Positions 9,458 through 18,475 of a stretch of 64,000 bases of DNA are shown here, in pieces (position 1 is the first letter of the stretch; each line of letters opens with the position of its first letter). The translations under genes and the position numbers were made by a program. Under the pieces are notes generated by a model. That model was given only the letters and a program-made list of their open reading frames with translations. It searched no databases and was not told the origin of the DNA. The DNA is taken from NCBI GenBank assembly GCA_028873925.1, contig JAPPNA010000026.1, positions 3,378-67,377 of the forward strand, given 5' to 3'. This stretch comes from Bacteroidota bacterium. Its GTDB lineage: Bacteria; Bacteroidota; Rhodothermia; Rhodothermales; Bin80.

Positions 9458-10597
9458 ATGCATATGCCAGCAGGTAATGGTCGCCAGACCGCTCTTGTGC
9501 TGGCCGGCGGAGGTGCCCGTGCGGCCTATCAGGCCAGCGTACTTGAATACATCCATGAACTGGCCCCGGAGGCCCGTTTCCCGGTCATTACCGGCGCGTC
9601 CGCCGGTGCCATTAATGCGGCCTACATGGCCGGGCACGCGCTGGAGACGGGGCACTCGGACTGGCGAACTGCTGGCACAGCCTTACCGGCAAAGATGTGT
9701 TTGAGGTGGAGTTAGGGCTGCATATGATGCGACGGGTGTGGAAGCGGATCATTGCAGGGCAGGGTGCCGAAGAGGGATACAGTCTACTGGACCCCACGCC
9801 GCTGCGCCGGTATCTGGCTGAGCAGCTGCTGGCGGAGGATGATGGTGGGTTGCCACATATCGCGGAGGCTGTCGGTCAGGGCGCTTTGGCCATGTTGTGT
9901 ATCACGGCGACCAGCTATGCCATCGGACAATCCGTCTCGTGGATACAGGGCAGGGACATTCAGCGCTGGGAGCGTCCCGACCGCCGCTGTACGAGCTGAT
10001 CTGAATCTGGAACACATTATGGCCTCCAGTGCCCTTCGCCTGCTGTTCCCGGCGGTCCGCATCGGTGATACGTGGTATGGAGATGGCAGCATCCGATACA
10101 TCGCGCCGTTGGCACCATCTTTGCACCTCGGGGCCACGGATATTCTGGTGATTTCCACGCGCTATGCCCGATCTGTTGAAGAAGCCTCGCAGTCAGCCAT
10201 CCGCAGCTACCCTCCGGCTGCACAGGTAATCGGTATACTGCTGAACGCCATCTTTTTGGATATGGTCGACCACGACACCCAAATTGTGCGCAGCATGTCC
10301 AGGTTTGTGCAACAGCTGCCTCCCGACCATCGTAGTGGGATCCGACCGGTAAACTGTCTCGTGTTGCGTCCGTCAGTAGATTTGGGAAGACTCGCCAGTG
10401 GATATGAAGGACAGGCCAGAGGCATGATATGGATTCTGACCCGCGGCCTGGGCAGCTCGGAGACCGAGAGTTCGGATCTGGCCAGTGTGCTGCTGTTTGA
10501 AGCTGGCTACATCGGCCGCCTGATTGATCTCGGATGGGAGGATGCCCCTCGGCAGCGTGCGACCCTTGAGGCTTTTCAGCGCGGAGGTGCGGCATGA
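9458..10597 (+). pseudogene. Patatin-like phospholipase, disrupted by two frameshifts
   Basis: GGGARAAY and GASAG (nucleophile elbow) are in frame 2. LANCWHSLTGKDVFEV...IQRWERPDRR is in frame 1. EHIMASSALRLLFPAVRIGDTWYGDGSI (catalytic Asp) is back in frame 2. The shifts lie near 9640-9660 and 9980-10000. Confidence 0.8.
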
Positions 10598-12972
10598 GCG
10601 GTGCCCGACCGGTGCAGAAGCCCCCAATGAGGGTAATTCCCGGGGTAGGACTGTATGTGCTGCTGATGCTCTGTGGACCTTCAGCGGCTTCGGGACAGGT
10701 TGTATCCGGGCGTGTGCTGGATGCGCACACCGGGGAGGTTCTGCCTGCCGCTACTATCCATGTGGCGGGCACGTTTCAGGGGACTATAACCAATTCCGAT
10801 GGGCAGTTTGAAATCAGCCCGGAAGAATGGCCTACCGACCTGGTGGTGCGGTTTTTGGGCTATCGGACGGACACGGTACAGGTGGCGGTGCCGGCGGCCA
10901 TCACAATCCGGCTTGAGCCGGCGGCGATTGAGTTGGCTACAGTGGTTGTGACCGGGGAGAATCCGGCCGTTCGGATCATGCGCGAAGTCATCCGACGGAA
11001 GCAGATTTGGCGGGCTGAATTGGAATCCTACCAGGCGCAGGCGTACGCGCGCGTTGTATTTGCCAATGAAGAGGATATCGTAGCCATAAATGAGTCGGCC
11101 TCCACGGCCTGGTGGGCGCGCGGGAAGGGACTCCGCGAAATCAAAACCGGCAGCCGCGACACCGGCAATCTTCCCTTTGGCGATGCATTGCCCGCTGCCG
11201 CATTCATGATGAACCTGTATGACGACGACATTGTGATTGGCGGACACACTCTTATCGGCGTTACCCATCCCAACGCGCTGCACAGGTACGAATTCGCGCT
11301 TCTGCAAACGCGTCACATAGACGAGACGGTTGTCCACGACATTGAGGTTCGTCCGAAAAATGCCCTGATCAACGGGTTCACGGGCCGGATTTCGGTGTTG
11401 GGCAGTGAATACGCCATGATTGATGCGGAGCTGCAGCCCGGTAAGGCCTTCCTGTTTCCGCCGCCGATCAAGACCTATGAGGTCATTTTGCGCCAGCAGT
11501 TTTTCAACTTCAACACGACCGCCTGGCTGCCCGTGGATCTGCGTGCGGAAAACGCCATCAAGATCAGCTTCTGGCCCCTGCTCCATTTTCCAATTATTGG
11601 TGTGGATGTGATCGGACGATTTACGGACTACCAGCTTAACGTACCGGTGCCCGACAGTCTGTTTGCCTCCAACACACGGATGGTGGCGGATTCGGCAGCG
11701 ATGGAATCCGGCAGCATATTTGGCGAGGAGGGGGTGGTGGTGCCGTACACGCCGGTGGAAACGCTGGCCTATGAATCCATTGACAGCACCCTCGCCCTTG
11801 AAGATGCGTATGCCCCGAGGGGTCCGTTCGGCCGGATGATTCGGGTGCAGCGGGAAGCCGAAGAGCAGCGCAGCCGCCTGAGCGGGACAGATTGGCCCGA
11901 CATTACGCCCCGAGTGCGCTTTAACCGCGTGGACGGCTTCCATGGCGGAGTGGGGATTGCCGACCAGTTCGGCCGGCACCTGGTGCTCAGCGGGGGCGGC
12001 GGATGGAGTGCTGAGCTGCCGGGGCGTGATCAGTGGTCGTACGATGCCGCCGTGCGCCTGAATACGGATCGGGATGATAAGGTGGATTTTCATATGGAGA
12101 GTGGCTTCCGGGCCGCCACGGAGCAGACCTATCATGCCGACCACACGTCACAATTCAGCAACAGCATTGCCGTACTCATGTGGGGTCGGGAGGATTACTT
12201 TGACTATTATCGTATGGAGGGCGTGTTCGTTAGCGTGGGTCTGACCGGGGGGCACCGGCCGCACCGCGTGGAGGCTACCTGGCACCTGGAGAATCATGCC
12301 CGGCTTCCGCTTACGACTTCGTTTGATCTTCGCGGGGAAAAGACCCCCCAGCGCGCCAATGCGTCAGTAGATGAAGGCGATCTCCGATCCATCGCCTTAA
12401 CATGGGGCATCGGTGCGCCTCCGGTACCTGTTTTCGGTGCCGTATCCGGCGTGGAGTATGTCAATTTTCAGGTTGAGCATGCCCTTGCAGGGTCGGACAT
12501 GCGGTTTGGACGCTACGTTGCTTCCGCATACTGGCGATTCACCACTTTGCTTAAACGGCGGCTCCTGCCCGCCACATTGGACCTGCATGCGGTGCTGGGA
12601 TTGTCCACAGGAGACCTGCCGCCCCAGCGTACGCACATTATTGAGCGGGGCAACGGGTACTTCGGTCCATTCGGAACATTACGCGCCTATTCCGGCCTCC
12701 CGGACCAAGGTAGGCAGATGGGACTATTCATGTGGGAGCACAATTTCCGAACGATTCCTTTTGAGCTCCTGGGCATCCGGAGTATGGCCAAGCGCGGATA
12801 TAATGTGCTGGTTTTTGGCGGGCACGCCTGGATCAGGGATAGCGCATGGCAACAGCGACACGAACTCGGCGTTTCTCTGAGCGGTATTCTGGGGTTGTTT
12901 CGGATTGATGTGGCGAAGCCGCTTGACGAGCCGGGTGTCCGTTGGGGATGGGGCATTGCCCGCATTTTTTGA
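10594..12972 (+). CDS. CarboxypepD_reg-like plus DUF5686 outer-membrane protein
   Basis: Signal peptide, then GRVLDAHTGEVLPAATIHVAG..GTITNSDGQFEI. About 790 aa with a beta-rich C-terminus. The alternative start is at 10627. Confidence 0.8.
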   Translation: MSGARPVQKPPMRVIPGVGLYVLLMLCGPSAASGQVVSGRVLDAHTGEVLPAATIHVAGTFQGTITNSDGQFEISPEEWPTDLVVRFLGYRTDTVQVAVPAAITIRLEPAAIELATVVVTGENPAVRIMREVIRRKQIWRAELESYQAQAYARVVFANEEDIVAINESASTAWWARGKGLREIKTGSRDTGNLPFGDALPAAAFMMNLYDDDIVIGGHTLIGVTHPNALHRYEFALLQTRHIDETVVHDIEVRPKNALINGFTGRISVLGSEYAMIDAELQPGKAFLFPPPIKTYEVILRQQFFNFNTTAWLPVDLRAENAIKISFWPLLHFPIIGVDVIGRFTDYQLNVPVPDSLFASNTRMVADSAAMESGSIFGEEGVVVPYTPVETLAYESIDSTLALEDAYAPRGPFGRMIRVQREAEEQRSRLSGTDWPDITPRVRFNRVDGFHGGVGIADQFGRHLVLSGGGGWSAELPGRDQWSYDAAVRLNTDRDDKVDFHMESGFRAATEQTYHADHTSQFSNSIAVLMWGREDYFDYYRMEGVFVSVGLTGGHRPHRVEATWHLENHARLPLTTSFDLRGEKTPQRANASVDEGDLRSIALTWGIGAPPVPVFGAVSGVEYVNFQVEHALAGSDMRFGRYVASAYWRFTTLLKRRLLPATLDLHAVLGLSTGDLPPQRTHIIERGNGYFGPFGTLRAYSGLPDQGRQMGLFMWEHNFRTIPFELLGIRSMAKRGYNVLVFGGHAWIRDSAWQQRHELGVSLSGILGLFRIDVAKPLDEPGVRWGWGIARIF

Positions 12973-13030
12973 GCTGTTACGCGTTTCATCCGCGCTGTAC
13001 TGGTTGCGGCAGGTTTGTGTGCGGGCCGCG

Positions 13031-15319
13031 ATGCTGATTGGTGCGGCCTCCTGCGGATGGGTCATTTCCGCGAGCGCTCAGGTGGCGATTACAGGCACGG
13101 TTCGTGATGCCTCCACGCGGCTGCCGCTGGCTTCAGCGCATGTCATCGTACGCGGAACTCAGCGGGGTACGATAACCAATCACGAGGGGGCCTTTGAGGT
13201 AACGGTTCCCTCTCTGCCGGCAAAGCTCGTGTTTCGCTATCTCGGTTACGGGCTCTCGGAGTTTACCATCGGTCCCAATGATGCTCGTTCGGTCTCCGTG
13301 TACCTTGAGCCGGTTGTCTACCCGCTTCCTGAACTTCTGGTGGTCGGCGATGCGTTCGCGGCGGGAGTAATGGGGCAGGTCATCATGCGCAAGGCGGCGC
13401 GCCGCGCACATCTGCCCGCTTATAGCAGCGCCGGATATTCCCGCATCACCCTTGAGCGCCGGGATCGTGCAGTTCTGGTGGGGGAATACGTGTACGACCG
13501 CTACCGTGACCCGGAGCGCGGTTTTCGCCATGTGGTCCGATCCCGGCGGGCCACCGCCCGTTTTCACACGGAGCTCGGACTGACCCCGGAGCCTCAGGAC
13601 CTGTCGCAGGACTGGATCGCCATCGGCGGATTGGATTTTATCGGCCCGACGCACCCGGATGCGCTCAGCCATTACATCTTTACCTTCGCGGGCCGTCGCC
13701 AGATGGGGTCCCGGTACGTGTACGACATGTATGTGGCCCCGCGAACGAATCTGGAGGCCACCCTGATTGGCCGACTGGCCGTATTGGACAGCGCATACGT
13801 GCTGCTTGAAGCCGATCTCAAGCCGGCCGACCATGTCGTATTCGGCGCGGATGTGCGCACATGGGATCTGTTTTACCGCCAGCAGTTTGCGGAAGTGGAT
13901 TCGTTCTGGCTCCCGGTGGGGCTCTTCGTGGAGGGGCGGATTCATGTGGAGCCGGATGGTGTGTCGTTAGCGCCTGCATCGGTTCGTCAGGTGGCTCAGC
14001 TCAAGGATTACCAATTGGGGGTGACTGCCCCCGATGAAGTGCTTGCGCGACCCGGTACATGGCAGACGGATACGCTTTCGGTACTCATGGACGACCTGTT
14101 TCTGATGGGTCTTGACCAGGTGATGCTTACCCCGCGTGAACTGGAGGCCATTGAGGCGGCGCGCGGAAGACCGGAGCTGACCCTGCGGCAGGCCCTGCCT
14201 GCCGCGCCCCGACAGCGGGGTGCCGATCGGGAGGCCGAAATGTTTGCTGCGGGGGATCCCCCGCAGTTTGTCTGGCCTGCATTTTTCGGCTGGGAACCGC
14301 AGTTGCGATACAATCGCGTGGACGGAGTGCTGGGCGGTGTCGGGACGGTAATGGAATTGGGAGGTGCAGGACCGATGGAGGTGGCAGGCCGTATAGCGCA
14401 GTCCCTGGGACTGGGTCGCACCCGCGTAGAGGTAGCCACCCGGCACCGATGGTCCTCGCGATGGGCGTTCACGCTCAAACTGCTGCAGGATCTGCGCCCG
14501 GTCCAGGACCCGGTTATTCATCCGGTAGCCCTCAACAGTCTCTCCGCACGGCTGTTGCGGCGCGATTACTTTGACTGGTACTGGTCGCAGCGGGCCGGAA
14601 TTGCGTTGCAGTATCAGAGGCAACGCGTTCGACTCTTGATGTCCTCTACGGTGGAAGGCCAATCTTCGGTTGAGCGTCAGGTCAGGCATCCCTGGCCCTA
14701 CAGGCGCTCGTTTCCGCCGAATCCTCCTGTTGCGGATCAGCTCCGAGTGGGTGCGGAACTGCGGCTGGCTGCGGGGGCAAACTGGCAGCCCTATCCCACA
14801 ACTGCCCACCGCCGGGTGGAAATCCGGCTGGAGTACGGTCACGCAGGTTCAAGCGGCGGATACCTGCGCAGTTTACTGCGGGCGGACGCGTTTGTCAACA
14901 CGTTCCGCCGGTCACGTCCTGAGCCGGCCCGGCTGATGTTACGGCTCCTGACCGGGGCCTCGTCGGGATCATTGCCGATTGTACGGAGGCACGGCCTGGA
15001 GGGTACGCTGGGTCCGTTGGCGGCCTTGGGAACCCTGCGGTCCATGACGGGCAGGTCGCTGGCAGGCCAGCATGTCGGAGGTCTTTATTGGGAGCATGAT
15101 TTTCGGGGTCTGCTGTTTGAGGCGCTGGGTCTGCGCCGATGGGCGGAGGCGGGTGTGGGTTTTCGGCTGGCTGGTGCGCATGCGCGCATCTGGCCCGGGG
15201 CGGGCTCGACACAGGAAGCCTCCGTATCTCTGGTGCGTGCTCCGGTGCGCCTTGACCTGACGCGCCGCCTGAACACGCCCGGCTGGTTCGTGACCGCAGG
15301 CTTCGTCGGGAGGAGATAG
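13031..15319 (+). CDS. CarboxypepD_reg-like plus DUF5686 outer-membrane protein (tandem paralog)
   Basis: ITGTVRDASTRLPLASAHVIVRGTQRGTITNHEGAFEV, with the same length and layout as the upstream gene. The start is uncertain (track 12905; ATG 13031 gives a signal-like MLIGAASCGWVISASAQ). Confidence 0.75.
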   Translation: MLIGAASCGWVISASAQVAITGTVRDASTRLPLASAHVIVRGTQRGTITNHEGAFEVTVPSLPAKLVFRYLGYGLSEFTIGPNDARSVSVYLEPVVYPLPELLVVGDAFAAGVMGQVIMRKAARRAHLPAYSSAGYSRITLERRDRAVLVGEYVYDRYRDPERGFRHVVRSRRATARFHTELGLTPEPQDLSQDWIAIGGLDFIGPTHPDALSHYIFTFAGRRQMGSRYVYDMYVAPRTNLEATLIGRLAVLDSAYVLLEADLKPADHVVFGADVRTWDLFYRQQFAEVDSFWLPVGLFVEGRIHVEPDGVSLAPASVRQVAQLKDYQLGVTAPDEVLARPGTWQTDTLSVLMDDLFLMGLDQVMLTPRELEAIEAARGRPELTLRQALPAAPRQRGADREAEMFAAGDPPQFVWPAFFGWEPQLRYNRVDGVLGGVGTVMELGGAGPMEVAGRIAQSLGLGRTRVEVATRHRWSSRWAFTLKLLQDLRPVQDPVIHPVALNSLSARLLRRDYFDWYWSQRAGIALQYQRQRVRLLMSSTVEGQSSVERQVRHPWPYRRSFPPNPPVADQLRVGAELRLAAGANWQPYPTTAHRRVEIRLEYGHAGSSGGYLRSLLRADAFVNTFRRSRPEPARLMLRLLTGASSGSLPIVRRHGLEGTLGPLAALGTLRSMTGRSLAGQHVGGLYWEHDFRGLLFEALGLRRWAEAGVGFRLAGAHARIWPGAGSTQEASVSLVRAPVRLDLTRRLNTPGWFVTAGFVGRR

Positions 15320-15590
15320 GCACGCTATGCCAAGGGAGTGTGCGGGGCAATCTGAAGTGCGATCTTCACCTGTACGCCTTCGGCGCGGAAGCATGCACCA
15401 GCGGTCACAGCTGAGGGATCTTCGTCCTGATACGGCAACGCGCGCTTCGGCCGATGCTGCGCCCGCCTCGGCATCGATCAGCGTCATGCATACAAGGATT
15501 CCTGGAGCTATCAGCGGGGTTCTGGGCCTCCCCACGGTTAAGGGGCGCACAAGGCCGATTCGGGCGTAACAGCAGCAGAGCACAGGCAGC

Positions 15591-16265
15591 ATGGCGAATT
15601 CATCAGGGATCGAATGGCTTTATGAGGACAATCATCTGTTGGGGATCTTCAAACCGGCCGGCCTGCTGTCTCAGGCCGACCGTACCGGTGACCCTGATGT
15701 TGTATCGCTGGCCCGGTCCTATCTCAAGATCAGATTCAACAAACCCGGCAATGTGTATGTCGGGCTGGTTCACCGACTTGACCGCCCGGTCTCCGGTGCC
15801 ATGGTGCTCGCCCGAACATCAAAAGCCGCCGGGCGGCTGAGCAATGCATTCCGGGAACGGCGGGTCCGCAAGAAATATCTCGCGGTCCTTGAAGGCCGTC
15901 TGACTGGCCGGGGTGTACTTCACAATGCCATTCACAAGGATACCCGTACCGGTCGTGTCAGCATAGATCCAGTCAGAGGAAAAGAGGCCGTCCTGCAGTA
16001 CCAGGTACTCGGTGGGATCGGCCAGGAAACGCTCGTTGAAATCAGTCTCAAGACGGGGCGGCCCCATCAGATCCGGTGTCAGTTTGCCCACAAAGGCTTC
16101 CCGCTGGTCGGTGACCTGCGGTACGGGGCACCCCGTCAGTTTGATGGCAGGAACCTGGCCCTCCATTGCGTAGAGCTTGCTTTTGAACACCCCGTGCGCC
16201 CGAAAACAGTCGTGATCCGCGCTGCGCTGCCGGTCACCTGGGCCAGATACGCCGCACTGTTCTGA
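15591..16265 (+). CDS. RluA-family pseudouridine synthase
   Basis: KPAGLLSQ and HRLDRPVSGAMVLART (catalytic Asp motif), plus LALHC near the C-terminus. Confidence 0.85.
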   Translation: MANSSGIEWLYEDNHLLGIFKPAGLLSQADRTGDPDVVSLARSYLKIRFNKPGNVYVGLVHRLDRPVSGAMVLARTSKAAGRLSNAFRERRVRKKYLAVLEGRLTGRGVLHNAIHKDTRTGRVSIDPVRGKEAVLQYQVLGGIGQETLVEISLKTGRPHQIRCQFAHKGFPLVGDLRYGAPRQFDGRNLALHCVELAFEHPVRPKTVVIRAALPVTWARYAALF

Positions 16266-16345
16266 AAGGATTTTCACAGCGTCTTCGTACAACAAACGGA
16301 CCACATGAAAGCGCTTTCAGTTTATGGGTCACATACACTTAGCAA

Positions 16346-17401
16346 ATGCGTGCAGCGTCCGAAGTCATGGAGCGTCAGCCGGAGACGGACAGAGTTCCCG
16401 GGTCACGCGTAGGCGTGGTATTGCTGCACTGGGGCGAGCCCGATACGCCGGAGAATCTGGACGCATTTCTCAAGAACGTCTACGCGGATCCGGCCATGGT
16501 ACGGCTGCCCGGGGGGCCAATGTTCAGACCCTACTTCTCCCGTGCGGCCTGGTCCATTCAGCGAAAAGCGATCAGGAAGCAGTTGGGTGCAAACGGGGGG
16601 TTCTCTCCGGCGACAGGATTCGCCGTTGAGCAGGCTCGGGGCCTGGAACGTCTGCTGCAGAGCAGGACCTGTTCCCTGGAATGCAGGACGTACGTTTCCA
16701 TGCGGTTCTGGCATCCCGGTGTGTCTGACACGGTGGCTGCGCTTGGGCGGGACAACATCAGGCATGTGGTGTTGGTGCCCGGATTCCTGCAGCCATTCAA
16801 GGCCGGACTGCAAAATGTCGCCGCGGAATGGAACGTACAGGCCGATTCCGATCGCCCACCGGCCTGGTCCACCACCCGGTTGGACAGCTTTGCGTCAAAC
16901 CCTCGCGTACTTCGGGCAATCAGTGAGCGCGTGCGTCAGGCCCTACAGCGGTTTCCTCGATACAGCCGTGAAGGTGTAACGGTCCTGTTCGCCGCGACGG
17001 GCGTACCGGGTCGCGATGATAGAGGCTATTATCGGAGGGTGCAGGAAATGGCCGACATAATCATAGGGCTGCAGGGTCAGGCTGCCCCGGCTCAGGTCGC
17101 GTTTCATGGATATTTCGGGCCGATAAACGGACCGGGCCCCGAACTGAAGCGGCAGATCGAAGTGCTGGGACGCAAAGGCGTGCGCAACCTGCTGGTTGTT
17201 CCGTTGTGCAGCATCATGGACACGCTTCATTCGACTCAATATCTTGACATGGCCTGCCGCACCGTTGCCCTGCGTGCAGGTATATGCCAGTATGAAGTCG
17301 CGCAGTCGTTAAACAGTCACAGGCTTTTCCTGGAAATGCTGGCAGATCTCGTACTGGCGCGTCTGGATGTACCGACGCGTGCAGTGGAGGCGCTGACGTA
17401 G
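16346..17401 (+). CDS. hemH: Ferrochelatase-family protein with a non-canonical active site
   Basis: VGVVLLHWGEPDTPENLDAFLKNVYADP and the overall length fit ferrochelatase. The expected SAH(S/G)(L/V)P reads AATGVP and the DHxE segment reads DTLHS. Confidence 0.65.
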   Translation: MRAASEVMERQPETDRVPGSRVGVVLLHWGEPDTPENLDAFLKNVYADPAMVRLPGGPMFRPYFSRAAWSIQRKAIRKQLGANGGFSPATGFAVEQARGLERLLQSRTCSLECRTYVSMRFWHPGVSDTVAALGRDNIRHVVLVPGFLQPFKAGLQNVAAEWNVQADSDRPPAWSTTRLDSFASNPRVLRAISERVRQALQRFPRYSREGVTVLFAATGVPGRDDRGYYRRVQEMADIIIGLQGQAAPAQVAFHGYFGPINGPGPELKRQIEVLGRKGVRNLLVVPLCSIMDTLHSTQYLDMACRTVALRAGICQYEVAQSLNSHRLFLEMLADLVLARLDVPTRAVEALT

Positions 17402-17403
17402 CG

Positions 17404-18018
17404 CTACAGATCGTTCGCCCTCCAGAGGTACCAACTGGCCACACTGCGCCAGGGTCGCCAGCGCGTCCCGTATTCAGCCAGTTCCCGAGTGGAGGGCAGC
17501 ATGTCGCGCGCAAAGGCAATCTTGAATCCCCGCCGGATCCCCAAGTCCGTGACCGGCAGCACATCCGGACGACCCAGATGAAATATCAGCACCATCTGGG
17601 CGGTCCAAGGCCCAATGCCCCGGTGGGTGGTGAGTGTGCTGACGATGTCCGCGTCGGTCATTTTGTCTATGGCGGTGCGTGCTGGCATTTTCCCTTCCAG
17701 GCAACTTCCGGCGAGCCCCTGAATGGCAGCCACCTTGGTGCGGGACAGCCCCACGCTGCGCAGCGCATCGGCCGATGATTGTGCGATCCGGGCGGGCGTA
17801 GGTGAATCTCCATAGAGATTCCACAGGCGGGTCTGGATGGCCAGGCCCGCATGCTTGGAAATCTGCTGAAATATCACCGAATGCACCAGGTGCTGGAATA
17901 AGGTCCAGTCAGTCGAAATCGCAAGTTTGAAGGATCCGACCTGTTCGATCAGTCGGCCCAGGGTCGGATCAGAGGCACACAGCGCGTCAATGGCCTCGTC
18001 TGCGTCGTAGGGGAGCAT
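17404..18018 (-). CDS. DNA-3-methyladenine glycosylase II family (HhH-GPD, AlkA-like)
   Basis: HRGIGPWTAQMVLIF...PVTDLGIRRG. The ATG at 18018 (MLPYDADEAIDAL) is preferred over the track start at 18078. Confidence 0.8.
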   Translation of the reverse strand: MLPYDADEAIDALCASDPTLGRLIEQVGSFKLAISTDWTLFQHLVHSVIFQQISKHAGLAIQTRLWNLYGDSPTPARIAQSSADALRSVGLSRTKVAAIQGLAGSCLEGKMPARTAIDKMTDADIVSTLTTHRGIGPWTAQMVLIFHLGRPDVLPVTDLGIRRGFKIAFARDMLPSTRELAEYGTRWRPWRSVASWYLWRANDL

Positions 18019-18475
18019 TCTTGTCGGGATACAGGGTCTAAGGCGGACAGAAGCGCCGGGTAGGGCACCACTCGGCATCGCTCAATGCATTGCCGCATCC
18101 GATCTGATGGTATAGTTCCACGGGAGGATGGTTTCGCGCTGTCGTATGTTGACGGGCAGGTCTGGAGGCCTATGCCGCGGGAATTGTGAATTCAGACCAG
18201 GTCCTGACGTACGGCTCCGCGTTGGGGGCACCTGGTAGGGCCGGTTCATAGGGGTAACGCATACCGGTGCTGCAATTTCGCATAGCGGTGAAAACCTTTT
18301 TGTCTGTGACCGTACCAGCGAGCCGATACCCGCTTGGGGGCCGGGTTTCAGGTTCGGTGCGCGACGGGCGTGACCGGTCCCGATCGGCCCGCATCCTGAT
18401 GACTCAAGCAGGCGCGTTGTCTGAATTTCGAGCTGCTCCCCGCGCGCGGTATGGATGCCGGCCGCCCTGGAGAAC

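Noticed and set aside
10681-12144. Long antisense ORFs opposite recognised genes. Examples: 10681-12144(-), 13133-13945(-), 13967-14842(-), 38255-39556(-), 45691-46749(-), 47911-48672(-), 52487-53599(-), 53732-54871(-), 61205-62179(+), 58472-59107(+).
   Set aside because: Each lies fully inside a gene with clear family motifs on the other strand. Their translations are Arg/Pro/Gly/His-rich and motif-free, as expected for off-frame or antisense reading of GC-rich DNA.
14969-15592. 207-aa minus-strand ORF and the 15327-15569(+) ORF in the DUF5686-rluA spacer.
   Set aside because: The first mostly overlaps the DUF5686 gene antisense. Both have Arg/Pro-rich composition and no motifs.
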